A stretch of DNA of 64,000 nucleotides, from the NCBI GenBank assembly GCA_946539855.1, contig CAMNHV010000009.1, positions 677-64,676 of the forward strand, read 5' to 3'. Position numbers and translations under genes: made by a program. Below the pieces are notes generated by a model. It worked only from the letters and a program-made list of their open reading frames with translations. It was not told the DNA's origin and made no database searches. The DNA comes from an uncultured Lachnospiraceae bacterium (GTDB lineage Bacteria > Bacillota > Clostridia > Lachnospirales > Lachnospiraceae). This document shows, in pieces, positions 53,404 through 63,137 of the stretch (position 1 is the stretch's first letter; every line of letters starts with the position of its first letter).

Positions 53404-53435
53404 GCAGTTCCCGGGAGACCGGGGACTGCTTTTTT
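53404..53435 (+). terminator. Rho-independent terminator after htpG
   Basis: GCAGTTCCCGG-gaga-CCGGGGACTGC + TTTTTT. Confidence 0.85.
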
Positions 53436-53549
53436 CGAGCGATAAAGCCGAATGCGCAGCGCAGGATCCGTTTACGGCTGAGCGCAGATGAATTAAAATA
53501 AATAGTAAGGTTTTAATTCGTATAATACGGAACCGGCAGCAAGGAAACC

Positions 53550-53975
53550 GTGTCATTTCTATCGCCTGAAAAAATTTGTCTCTGCATGGATTATTTATCC
53601 CGCCTGCATATATACACTCGAGGGAACACTTACACGAATGCGAAGAATGCGCTTCAGAACTACCTTAATCTGCGGAATAACATCAGGAATGAGATGAGGT
53701 CCATGTATGCGAATAATTACTCCCAGAACCACATGACGGAAGGCGAATTCCGGGACCATGTGACTGCTGCTGAACAGACCTTAGCTATCGCGGAACAGAG
53801 CTTCAAAGACACGATGAAGGCGTATTACATCCACGCCACAAATGGCCGCGATAATACCCTTGGGAACGCGAGGATCGATACCAAGACACAGGCCGCCGGT
53901 GCGGCCAGATTCGCAGCCTCGAAGGGATTTCTGGAATTCCTGGATGCCGCTGAGCATGCTGCCCAGCAGCACTGA
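53550..53975 (+). CDS. Hypothetical protein (lower-GC, standalone)
   Basis: TATAAT at 53521, AAGGA RBS, GTG start (alternative ATG 53586), own downstream hairpin; no recognisable family. Confidence 0.55.
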   Translation: MSFLSPEKICLCMDYLSRLHIYTRGNTYTNAKNALQNYLNLRNNIRNEMRSMYANNYSQNHMTEGEFRDHVTAAEQTLAIAEQSFKDTMKAYYIHATNGRDNTLGNARIDTKTQAAGAARFAASKGFLEFLDAAEHAAQQH

Positions 53976-54009
53976 GACAGAAGAAGGCACAGCCTTCGAT
54001 GAACAACAG

Positions 54010-54039
54010 GATGCCCCCGGAACTCCCGGGGGCATCTTT
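54010..54039 (+). terminator. Hairpin terminator after the standalone ORF
   Basis: GATGCCCCCGG-aactc-CCGGGGGCATC + TTT. Confidence 0.7.
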
Positions 54040-54133
54040 GCGTGCGCGTCCGGTGTACCCCGCGGCACTCGCACAGAGCGGGCAAATCTGGTAGAATATC
54101 CTCGTCAGTACTACATTCCACAGGGGATCGTTT

Positions 54134-57100
54134 ATGTTTTCCAGTCAGTCTTTTTCCGAGAGGATGTCTGGCGACGCATTTCATATCAAATATGAGCCGC
54201 TGACTTTTTCCGAAGATCATATCGACCTGACGCTCACGCCGGGGGAAGTCCTCGAGGGGAGCTTTCAGATCACGGCGCCGGAAGGGCGCGCCGCGGAGGG
54301 ATTCGTCTCCTCGTCGAGGGCCTGCGTGCAGTGCCTGACGGAGACGTTTTCCGGCGCTTCGGACACGGTCATGTACCGCGCGGACGCATCCGCGTTTTCC
54401 GCGGGAGACGAGCTTGACGGGTGCTTCCGCATCATCTCTAACAACGGGGAGTACGCGCTCCCTTACCATATTTCCGTGCAGCAGGGTGCGCTGCAGTCCT
54501 CGATCGGGCCGGTGCCGACCCTGTCTTATTTCGCGAACCTCGCGAAGGCGAACTGGCACGAGGCCGTACAGCTCTTTTACAGCGAGGGATTCCGGAACAT
54601 TTTCACAGAACAGGAAGAAAAGGAGAGGGGACTGTATGACGGACTGTCCGTCCAGGCCGGCAACGAGCAGAACGTCGAGGAGTTCCTGATCGCGACGCAG
54701 AAGAAGCAGCCGGTCCAGTTCCTCTCGGAAGTCCAGCAGATCCGCCTGGACCTGCCCTACGCGAGGATCACGGGGCAGGAGGCCATCGAATACGTCCTGC
54801 GCATCAGCAAGAACGGCTGGGGATATATCTCCCTGAAGCCGGAGATCCACGGGGATTTCCTGAGCGCCGCGGAGAATATCCTCCGGGAGCACGACTTCAC
54901 CGGAAGCAGCACCCAGCTCCGCCTCCGGATCGAGACGTCGAAGCTTCACGCGGGGAAGAACTACGGACAGGTCCTGCTTCTGGCCCCGTTTGCGGCACTC
55001 AGCGTGCCGGTCGTCGTATCCGTGCGCAGCGTGCCGGGATCGACGAGCCTGTACCACAGAGAGAAGAAGGAACTGAACCGGAAGCTGATGGAGCGCTTCG
55101 AGGAGTACCGCTCCCGCAGGATCCGCAGCGCCGAGTGGGTGAAGGAATCCGCGCAGATCGCGGAGCGCCTTTCCTCCATGGAGCGGGACGACCCCGCGCC
55201 GGTGCTGTACCAGATCCACGCGCTCGTGACGGACGGGGACGCGCAGCGCGCGCAGACCGCGCTGGACAAGCTCCTGCGCCGCCTCTCCGGAGACGCCTCC
55301 GCCGATCCGCTCCTGCAGTACGAGGGGGAGACGTCCGCGGAGTTTTGCTACCGCATCTACCTGACGTCGCTCCTCCATCCCGAGGACGCGCAGCTGACTG
55401 CCGACGTCACGACGCTGCTCGAGGAGTACCACAAGCGGGAGCCGGGGAACTGGCGCATTGCGTGGCTTCTCCTCTATTATTCGGAGGAGTATTCGGGAAG
55501 GCCGTCCGCGGCGTACCGCCTCATGGCGGAGGAATTCTCCTACGGTTCGAGGAGCCCGGTCATCTATCTGGAGGCCTACTTCCGGCTCGCCCAGAATCCT
55601 TCCATGCTGATGGAACTGGATTCGTTCGCGATCCAGCTGCTGCTCTACGCGGCGCGGAAGGGACTCCTCATGGAGTCTGTCCTGACACAGCTGAACAACC
55701 TGTCGCGGCGGGAGAGGATGTTCTCCACGAAGCTTTACAAGATCCTGTGCAGCGGCTATGAGCAGTGCGGCACGCCCTCCCTGAAGAAGGAGACGCTGGA
55801 GAGCATCTGCGCGCTTCTCGTCAGGGGAAACAGGACCGATGAAGAATATCACGACTGGTACCGGCGCGGCGTGGAAGAGGGACTGCAGATCACGCGTCTC
55901 TTCGAGTATTTCATGCTCTCGCTCCCTGAGGACTTCGAGGGCGAGATCCCGCGGATGGTGCTGATGTACTTTGCCTACCAGTGCTCGCTCCCGTGGAAAA
56001 AGACGGCGGCGCTCTACCGCTATGTGTACCGCAGGAAAGAGCAGTTCCCGGATCTGTATCTGCAGTATGAGCCGCAGATCGAGCGGTTTGCGCTGGAGCA
56101 GATCATGGCCGGAAGGACCGGGCGCGACCTCGGATACCTGCAGGGACTGTTCCTGCGCACGTACGCGCTCGACCTGCCGACGGCGCAGAGCGCGGTGCCG
56201 CTCGCTTTCACCGCCGTGGTCCGCACGAACCGCACGATGATGAAAAACGTCATCCTGCGCTACGCGGGCTGCAGAGGGGAGGAAGTGTATCCGCTCGAGA
56301 ACGGGACGGCGTACCTCCCGGTCTACGGCGACCGCAACCAGATCTTCTTCGAGGACCACTACGGCATGCGCTACGCGCAGAGCTGTGCCTATACGTTCGA
56401 CCGGATGCTGGACACGGAGGGACTCGCTGAGATCCTCGCCCAGTATGACGTGTCGGATTTCGGTTTTGACATGTACCTGTCGGGGATGACCGCCCCCGGG
56501 TTCGAGGTGACGGCGCAGAACGCGCCGCGGTTCCTGCGGCTCGCGCAGTCGGACCGCCTGCTCCCGGACACGCGCAGGGACATCCGGATGCGGCTCCTGA
56601 AGTATTACGAAGACAATGACTGCCTCCGCGAGATGGACAGCTACCTGATGCAGGTCGGGCCGGAGGAGCTCACGGCGGCGCAGCGGGGAGACCTGATCCG
56701 CTACCTGGTGAAGGAGGAGCTCTGCGAGAAGGCCCTCGACTGGGTGAGGCGGTACGGCACCTACGGCGTCTCCGGCGACACGCTCGTCCGCCTGTGCACG
56801 CAGGCGCTCGAACAGCAGGATATCCGGGACGACGCCGGATTCGCGCAGATCGCGTTTGACGCATATCAGGCGGGCAGATACAACCAGAACACCCTCTGGT
56901 ACCTGGGCCGCAGCTTCGAGGGACTCACATCGGAACTGGAACAGATCCGCGGATCCCTGAACGGATTTGACCTGGACGACTACGCGCTCGTCCGGCGGGA
57001 ACTGATCCAGATCCTCTACAGCGGCGCGGTGACGGAGCACCAGGAGGAACTGATCCTGCGGGCGAGAGAAGGCGGAGCGGACACGGAACTGCTCGCGGGC

Positions 57101-57769
57101 GCGCTCGCACAGGTATCGCATCTGTACGTGACGGCAGGCGGCCCTTATCCGCCGCAGCTCGCGGAGATGGCATCTTCCTTCGGTCTGCGGGGCGTCCCGC
57201 TGCTGGACATCTGCCGGATCGCGTGGCTGAAATACTGCGCCGAGTCCGGCACAGAGATCTCGCCTTCCGACGAGGAAGTGGTGAGGCTCTTCTTAGGAGA
57301 CCTGCTCCGCCAGGAGATCATCTTCCCGTTCTTTAGGCAGTTCATCGGATTTGTGCCGGAGCTCGCGGCATACGCGGACCAGACGCTCGTCGAGTACGCG
57401 GGCGGGAGAGGCGGACAGCACGTCGTCTTCCACTACGCGATGGACGAGGACGACAAGAGCGTCGTCTTCACGTCCCAGGTCATGAAGGAGATGTACGAAG
57501 GCATCTACGTGACCGGATTCCTGCTGTTCTTCGGGGAGCAGATGCACTACTTCATCACGGACGACCCGGAGGAGAAGAACATCGTCGAGAGCGGCACGGC
57601 CGGCCAGGACGTGCGCGTCATGGATCAGAGCACGCAGCGGTTCGGCATGATCAACTCGATCGCGATGAACGCGGCGCTCAAGAAGAGCCGTGAAGCGTAC
57701 CAGGCGCTGCGGGAGTACAGCCGCCTGTCGTATCTCGCGGACACGCTGTTCGAGTGGAAGAAAGAGTAA
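54134..57769 (+). CDS. Large conserved hypothetical protein (DUF5717-like): N-terminal beta-sandwich domains plus helical-repeat body
   Basis: 1211-aa ORF with host-like codon usage; two Ig/BACON-like beta segments (GCFRIISNNGEYALPY.I.V; GKNYGQV.L...F....VPV.V), then long helical region. Confidence 0.75.
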   Translation: MFSSQSFSERMSGDAFHIKYEPLTFSEDHIDLTLTPGEVLEGSFQITAPEGRAAEGFVSSSRACVQCLTETFSGASDTVMYRADASAFSAGDELDGCFRIISNNGEYALPYHISVQQGALQSSIGPVPTLSYFANLAKANWHEAVQLFYSEGFRNIFTEQEEKERGLYDGLSVQAGNEQNVEEFLIATQKKQPVQFLSEVQQIRLDLPYARITGQEAIEYVLRISKNGWGYISLKPEIHGDFLSAAENILREHDFTGSSTQLRLRIETSKLHAGKNYGQVLLLAPFAALSVPVVVSVRSVPGSTSLYHREKKELNRKLMERFEEYRSRRIRSAEWVKESAQIAERLSSMERDDPAPVLYQIHALVTDGDAQRAQTALDKLLRRLSGDASADPLLQYEGETSAEFCYRIYLTSLLHPEDAQLTADVTTLLEEYHKREPGNWRIAWLLLYYSEEYSGRPSAAYRLMAEEFSYGSRSPVIYLEAYFRLAQNPSMLMELDSFAIQLLLYAARKGLLMESVLTQLNNLSRRERMFSTKLYKILCSGYEQCGTPSLKKETLESICALLVRGNRTDEEYHDWYRRGVEEGLQITRLFEYFMLSLPEDFEGEIPRMVLMYFAYQCSLPWKKTAALYRYVYRRKEQFPDLYLQYEPQIERFALEQIMAGRTGRDLGYLQGLFLRTYALDLPTAQSAVPLAFTAVVRTNRTMMKNVILRYAGCRGEEVYPLENGTAYLPVYGDRNQIFFEDHYGMRYAQSCAYTFDRMLDTEGLAEILAQYDVSDFGFDMYLSGMTAPGFEVTAQNAPRFLRLAQSDRLLPDTRRDIRMRLLKYYEDNDCLREMDSYLMQVGPEELTAAQRGDLIRYLVKEELCEKALDWVRRYGTYGVSGDTLVRLCTQALEQQDIRDDAGFAQIAFDAYQAGRYNQNTLWYLGRSFEGLTSELEQIRGSLNGFDLDDYALVRRELIQILYSGAVTEHQEELILRAREGGADTELLAGALAQVSHLYVTAGGPYPPQLAEMASSFGLRGVPLLDICRIAWLKYCAESGTEISPSDEEVVRLFLGDLLRQEIIFPFFRQFIGFVPELAAYADQTLVEYAGGRGGQHVVFHYAMDEDDKSVVFTSQVMKEMYEGIYVTGFLLFFGEQMHYFITDDPEEKNIVESGTAGQDVRVMDQSTQRFGMINSIAMNAALKKSREAYQALREYSRLSYLADTLFEWKKE

Positions 57770-57817
57770 GTTTTGCTGTTTGTTGGCTATCCGGCTTTGC
57801 CGGAGCGGTGGTAGTGA

Positions 57818-59077
57818 ATGCTGTTCATTAAATCAGTCGACCGAAAATATATGGTGGGATTCGATCTGCAGGATGACTTCTGCCAGATCTCATACTGCAT
57901 TGGAAAAGCGGATCCCGTGACGCTCTCATTGACGCCCGACCGGGAGGAGTTCAGCATCCCGACGCTGCTTTGCAGAAAGCAGGGGACCTCCCAGTGGTAC
58001 TGCGGCAGGGACGCCGCGTTCCACGCGGGCGAGGGTGAGGGAGAGCTGGTCTCGCACATCCTCGAGAGCGCCCTCTACGGAGGGGAGATCGAGGCGGACG
58101 GGGAGCGCTTCAGCGCGGTCTCGCTGCTCGCGCTGTTCATCCGCAGGTGCCTCGCCCTTCTGGAGTCGGAGGTCCGGCTCGACGAGGTGTCGGCGATCAT
58201 GTTCACCTCCCCGGTCATGGACGAGCGGATGGTGGAAGTGCTGCAGGAGGCGGGCGAGCTGCTCGCTTTAAAGGACATCCGGCTCCTGTTCGAGGACCAC
58301 AGCGCGTCCTTCTACAACTACATGCTGTACCAGGACGATTCCATGCGGTCGCAGAAGGTGTACCTGTTCGAGCAGAACGCGCCGGACAGGATCGACCAGA
58401 TGCGGCTCATCTACAACCCGCACACCGTCCCCGTCGTGGGCTACGTGGAGAACGTCTCCTACACGGCGCTCTCGGAGGATCCGGCGCTCCGGGACAGGGA
58501 GTTCTACGACATCCTCTACCGCGAGTGCAGCGGCCAGGCGGTCGGGAGCGCTTTTCTCCTGGGAGAGGGCTTCAAGGACGGCTGGATGCGCACCTCGCTG
58601 TCGTATCTGTGCCGCGGCAGGCGCGTCTTCCAGGGCAACAACCTGTTCAGCAAGGGGGCTGCCTACGGCGCCCTTGAGCGGATGAAGCCGTCGTCGCAGG
58701 GAGCAAAGTTTTTCTTCCTCGGCGAAAACAAGCTGAAGACGAACATCGGGCTCTTCGCGGTGCGCGGCGAGGAGGAGAGCTACCACGCGATCCTGGACGC
58801 GGGCGTGAACTGGTATGAGGCACAGCACACCGAGGACTTCATCCTGGAAGACGGCAACGAGATCACGCTGACGCTCCGGCCTCTGAACGGCGGAGAGAAG
58901 TCACAGTACACGATCCGTCTCGATGAGCTCCCGGTGAGGCCGAGCCGCACCACAAGGATCCGCGCGTCGTTCTCCATGAGGGGCGTGGACAGGCTTTTCG
59001 TTGAGATCGCGGATCTCGGGTTCGGGGAGATCTTCCCCTCGAGCGGGATCCGGTGGGAGAAAGAACTGAGAGTATGA
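57818..59077 (+). CDS. Degenerate Hsp70/actin-fold protein (DUF5716-like)
   Basis: VGFDL.....QISY, SIPTLL, WYCG..A, IMFTSP, FLLGEG, N.FSKGAAYGA line up with Hsp70 NBD landmarks; exact start uncertain. Confidence 0.7.
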   Translation: MLFIKSVDRKYMVGFDLQDDFCQISYCIGKADPVTLSLTPDREEFSIPTLLCRKQGTSQWYCGRDAAFHAGEGEGELVSHILESALYGGEIEADGERFSAVSLLALFIRRCLALLESEVRLDEVSAIMFTSPVMDERMVEVLQEAGELLALKDIRLLFEDHSASFYNYMLYQDDSMRSQKVYLFEQNAPDRIDQMRLIYNPHTVPVVGYVENVSYTALSEDPALRDREFYDILYRECSGQAVGSAFLLGEGFKDGWMRTSLSYLCRGRRVFQGNNLFSKGAAYGALERMKPSSQGAKFFFLGENKLKTNIGLFAVRGEEESYHAILDAGVNWYEAQHTEDFILEDGNEITLTLRPLNGGEKSQYTIRLDELPVRPSRTTRIRASFSMRGVDRLFVEIADLGFGEIFPSSGIRWEKELRV

Positions 59078-59913
59078 CAAGGATCATTCTGACAACAGGA
59101 GAACTGGCGAAGAAGCCATACCGCATCCGCAGGATGGAGCGCAATATCTGGTCGGTGGAGGAGCTGTGTTACTCCCTGCTCCAGAGCGCGCAGTTCCTGG
59201 ACACGGACATCATGGACCCGGAGCTGGTGCGCTGGCTCGATACGGAGTGCGGCTTAAAGGAACTCGCCGAAGTGCTCTCGCATTACCTCGGCCACGGCAG
59301 GCAGCTCGCGGAGTTCGTGAACACGATCCTCGAGTACACCGGCTACGCGCCGAAGGAGACCAGGGCGTCCGTCCGGCAGACCGTGTCGGAGGGGACCGGC
59401 CTTCTTCCTGTGGAAAAGCGGATCCGCAACGCCGACTATCTCGCCGGCAGCGGGAGGACGCACGAGGCGCTCCGCGAGTACGACGCGGTGCTGGAGGCGC
59501 TGCCCGGCGCGGAAGTGCAGCTGCGCGCGCGGACGCTGCAGAAGGAGGGAAGGCTCTACTGCGGGCTGTTCCTGTTCCATATGGCGGCGGAGGCGTTCTA
59601 CAGCGCCTATGAGCTGACGCACGACCCGGAGAATTATCTCTACTACCTGACGGCGGTCCGTCTGGAGCTGCCGCAGGAGGAATATGTCCGCTTCATCTCC
59701 GAGCACCCGGAGGCCTACGAGTACTCCCTGACGCTCGAGCAGCGGATGGAAGAAGCGGAGAAGGGCTACGCCTCGTCGACCTTCGGCAAAGAGGCGGCCA
59801 AATTAAAGGAATATCTGGACGGCGACCGGATGACGAGCTTCGAGGTGGAGCTCGGCCGCGTCGTCGGAGAACTGAAACAGTCGTACCGGCTCTCGAGGGC
59901 GACGGCATTTTAA
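59074..59913 (+). CDS. Hypothetical protein with TPR-like repeats
   Basis: ATGA overlap with upstream gene; AD.LA..GR..EAL.EY..VL and G.LY..LF.F..AA..F..AY TPR-like helices. Confidence 0.7.
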   Translation: MTRIILTTGELAKKPYRIRRMERNIWSVEELCYSLLQSAQFLDTDIMDPELVRWLDTECGLKELAEVLSHYLGHGRQLAEFVNTILEYTGYAPKETRASVRQTVSEGTGLLPVEKRIRNADYLAGSGRTHEALREYDAVLEALPGAEVQLRARTLQKEGRLYCGLFLFHMAAEAFYSAYELTHDPENYLYYLTAVRLELPQEEYVRFISEHPEAYEYSLTLEQRMEEAEKGYASSTFGKEAAKLKEYLDGDRMTSFEVELGRVVGELKQSYRLSRATAF

Positions 59914-59931
59914 GGACGAATGGAGGACCCG

Positions 59932-61365
59932 ATGGCTAATGACATTTATGTAAGTCCGCTGTCACAGCGGTACGCGAGCAGGGAGATGCAGTTCATCTTT
60001 TCTCCCGACATGAAGTTCCGGACCTGGAGAAAGCTCTGGATCGCGCTCGCGGAGACGGAAAAGGAACTCGGCCTTCCGATCACGGAGGAACAGATCGAGG
60101 AGATGAAAGCCCATGCGGACGACATCAACTATGACGTCGCGCGGGAGCGTGAAAAACTTGTCCGGCACGACGTGATGAGCCACGTCTACGCGTTCGGCGT
60201 CCAGTGCCCGAAGGCAAAAGGCATCATCCACCTCGGCGCGACGAGCTGCTACGTCGGCGACAACACGGACATTATCCTGATGCGCGACGCGCTCCGGCTG
60301 GTCCGCGTCAAGCTCGTCAACGTGATCGCGGAGCTCGCGAAATTCGCGCGCGCCTACCGCGACCTGCCGACGCTCGGCTTCACGCATTTCCAGCCCGCGC
60401 AGCCGACGACGGTCGGAAAGAGGGCGACGCTCTGGATGAATGAATTCCTTCTGGACCTGGAGGAAGTGGAACATGTGGAAGGCTCCCTGAAGCTCCTCGG
60501 CAGCAAGGGCACGACGGGGACGCAGGCGTCCTTCCTGGAGCTGTTCGACGGCGACCTGGACAAGGTCGACCGCCTGGACCCGATGATCGCGGAGAAGATG
60601 GGATTCGCGAGCTGCTATCCCGTGTCCGGGCAGACCTACTCCAGAAAGGTCGACACGATCGTCCTGAACTGCCTCGGCGGGATCGCCGCCTCCGCGATGA
60701 AGATGGCGACGGATATCCGGCTGCTCCAGCACCTGAAGGAAGTGGAGGAGCCGTTCGAGAAGAACCAGATCGGTTCCTCGGCGATGGCGTACAAGCGCAA
60801 TCCCATGCGGTCGGAGCGGATCTGCTCGCTCGCGCGCTACGTGATGGCGGACGTCCTGAATCCCGCGATCACGTCCGGCACGCAGTGGTTCGAGCGCACG
60901 CTGGATGACTCCGCGAACAAGCGCCTGTCCGTCCCGGAGGGATTCCTCGCGACGGACGGCATCCTGGATCTGTGCCTCAACGTCACCGACGGCCTGAAGG
61001 TCTATCCGAAGGTCATTGAGAAGAGGCTCCGCAGCGAGCTTCCGTTCATGGCGACCGAGAACATCATGATGGACGCAGTGAAGGCAGGGGCGGACCGCCA
61101 GGTCATGCACGAGAAGATCCGCCAGCTCTCGATGGAAGCGGGCCGGCGCGTCAAGGAAGAGGGGCTCGACAACAATCTGCTCGACCTGATCGCGGCGGAT
61201 CCGGAGTTCCACCTGACGAGAGAAGAACTGGAGAAGTCCATGGATCCCGCGCGCTACGTCGGCTGCGCGCCGCACCAGGTGGACCGGTTCCTTGCGGAGA
61301 CGGTGCAGCCGATCCTCGACAGATATCAGGAGGACCTCGGCGTCAAAGCGGAGATCAATGTGTAA
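59932..61365 (+). CDS. purB: Adenylosuccinate lyase
   Basis: [51 protein letters not shown]. Confidence 0.96.
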   Translation: MANDIYVSPLSQRYASREMQFIFSPDMKFRTWRKLWIALAETEKELGLPITEEQIEEMKAHADDINYDVAREREKLVRHDVMSHVYAFGVQCPKAKGIIHLGATSCYVGDNTDIILMRDALRLVRVKLVNVIAELAKFARAYRDLPTLGFTHFQPAQPTTVGKRATLWMNEFLLDLEEVEHVEGSLKLLGSKGTTGTQASFLELFDGDLDKVDRLDPMIAEKMGFASCYPVSGQTYSRKVDTIVLNCLGGIAASAMKMATDIRLLQHLKEVEEPFEKNQIGSSAMAYKRNPMRSERICSLARYVMADVLNPAITSGTQWFERTLDDSANKRLSVPEGFLATDGILDLCLNVTDGLKVYPKVIEKRLRSELPFMATENIMMDAVKAGADRQVMHEKIRQLSMEAGRRVKEEGLDNNLLDLIAADPEFHLTREELEKSMDPARYVGCAPHQVDRFLAETVQPILDRYQEDLGVKAEINV

Positions 61366-61438
61366 GAGATTTCGATATTGTAACAGCAAGGTAAGACAGA
61401 GGTATGGAGCGTCTGATCGCTCCGGAACGGAGGAAACT

Positions 61439-62734
61439 ATGGTCAAGGCAGTCGTCGGCGCAAACTGGGGAGATGAGGGCAAAGGCAAGATCGTGGACAT
61501 GCTCGCGGATGAGGCGGAGGTCGTCATCCGGTTTCAGGGCGGCGCGAACGCGGGTCACACGATCGTCAATGATTACGGCAAATTCGCACTCCACACGCTC
61601 CCTTCCGGGGTCTTCCACCAGAACATCGTGAACGTCATCGGCAACGGCGTCGCCCTGGATCTTCACAAAGTGGGAGAGGAGCTCGCGGAGATCGAGAGCC
61701 GCGGCGTGCCGGCTCCCAGGCTCATGATCTCGGACCGGTGCCAGATCGTGATGCCGTACCACAAGCTTTTTGACCAGTATGAGGAGGAGAGGCTCGCGGG
61801 CCGCTCCTACGGATCGACGAAGTCGGGCATCGCGCCGTTCTATTCCGACAAGTACGCGAAGATCGGCTTCCAGGTCAGCGAACTGTTTGAGGATGAAAAG
61901 GAACTTCGCGCGAAAGTCGAGAACATCTGCGTCCTGAAGAACACGATGCTGGTGAATCTCTACGGGAAAGAGCCGCTCAGTCCGGACGATCTGATGGAGA
62001 CGCTGCGCGAGTACCGGGACATCGTCGCCCCCTATGCGGCGAACGTACCGGAATTCCTGGAGAGAGCGATCCGTGAGGGCAAGACGATCCTGCTCGAAGG
62101 ACAGCTCGGAACGCTGAAGGACCCCGACCACGGCATCTATCCGATGGTCACGTCGTCCTCGACGCTTGCGGCGTTCGGCGCGATCGGCGCGGGCATCCCG
62201 CCCTATGAGATCCGTCAGGTCATCACGGTCAACAAGGCATATTCCTCAGCGGTCGGCGCCGGAGAGTTCGTCTCGGAGATCTTCGGGGATGAGGCGGACG
62301 AGCTGCGCAACCGCGGCGGCGACGGCGGCGAATACGGCGCGACGACGGGACGTCCCCGCCGCGTCGGCTGGTACGACTGCGTCGCTTCCAAGTACGGCTG
62401 CCGCCTGCAGGGGGCGACGGACGTGGCGCTCACGGTCCTGGACGTCCTCGGCTATCTCGATGAGATCCCGGTCTGCGTCGGGTACGATATCGACGGAGAA
62501 GTGACGACGGAATTCCCTGTCACCTGGCAGCTCGCGAAGGCAAAGCCCGTGTGGCAGACGCTTCCCGGCTGGAAGTGCGACATCCGCGGGATCAAGAAGT
62601 ATGAAGAACTGCCTGAGAACTGCAGAAACTACATCGAGTTCATCGAGGCGCAGATCGGATACCCGATCACGATGATCTCGAACGGGCCGTCCCGGCACGA
62701 TATCATTTACCGGGAGAGTCCTCTGAAGAAGTAA
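61439..62734 (+). CDS. purA: Adenylosuccinate synthetase
   Basis: GANWGDEGKGK, FQGGANAGHT, GIAP.Y.DK, EGQLG.L.D.DHG.YP.VTSS, EYG.TTGRPRR.GW, ISNGP.R. Confidence 0.96.
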   Translation: MVKAVVGANWGDEGKGKIVDMLADEAEVVIRFQGGANAGHTIVNDYGKFALHTLPSGVFHQNIVNVIGNGVALDLHKVGEELAEIESRGVPAPRLMISDRCQIVMPYHKLFDQYEEERLAGRSYGSTKSGIAPFYSDKYAKIGFQVSELFEDEKELRAKVENICVLKNTMLVNLYGKEPLSPDDLMETLREYRDIVAPYAANVPEFLERAIREGKTILLEGQLGTLKDPDHGIYPMVTSSSTLAAFGAIGAGIPPYEIRQVITVNKAYSSAVGAGEFVSEIFGDEADELRNRGGDGGEYGATTGRPRRVGWYDCVASKYGCRLQGATDVALTVLDVLGYLDEIPVCVGYDIDGEVTTEFPVTWQLAKAKPVWQTLPGWKCDIRGIKKYEELPENCRNYIEFIEAQIGYPITMISNGPSRHDIIYRESPLKK

Positions 62735-63080
62735 GCGAAGACTCCGCCATGGCTGCGGCGGCGGCCTCCATTTTCCTGCGCTCTTCAGGATTGGAATTCA
62801 GTACCTTGGGGCTCGCGATGGTCTCGCGGTGCGTCAGGACGCCGACCGCCCAGATCGTGATCCAGGCCGCGAGCGGCACGAAGATCGTGAGGCCGAGGCA
62901 GGCGCGGAACATGCGGTCCGCGAACGGGGAGGAGAGGAGCGCGAACACGAGCGTCAGGAGGTACATTCCGACCAGCAGCGCAATAGCGATAATGGCGAGG
63001 GCGCGCTGGAGAGGGGTGTATCTCTTTTTCTCTGCTGTATCTTTCTTCCCGGAGAGGTTTGGATTCAGGTCTTCATTCAT
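62703..63080 (-). CDS. Small hypothetical membrane protein
   Basis: Two TM helices (QRALAIIAIALLVGMYLLTLVFAL; F.ACLGLTIFVPLAAWITIW); follows ktrA on the - strand. Confidence 0.7.
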   Translation of the reverse strand: MNEDLNPNLSGKKDTAEKKRYTPLQRALAIIAIALLVGMYLLTLVFALLSSPFADRMFRACLGLTIFVPLAAWITIWAVGVLTHRETIASPKVLNSNPEERRKMEAAAAAMAESSLTSSEDSPGK

Positions 63081-63137
63081 AGCTTGTCCCTCTTAAAAAT
63101 GCGGATCGGATGCGGCCAGCAGTTTCCGGCGTCGCCA

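Noticed and set aside
53825-57121. 1098-aa antisense ORF, and similar long antisense ORFs (371..2026, 5315..7039, 14182..15903, 17537..19495, 43469..45058, 46465..47970, 59962..61527)
   Set aside because: They lie opposite well-supported genes. The host rarely uses TTA/CTA/TCA codons, so antisense stops are scarce. The translations have no recognisable motifs.
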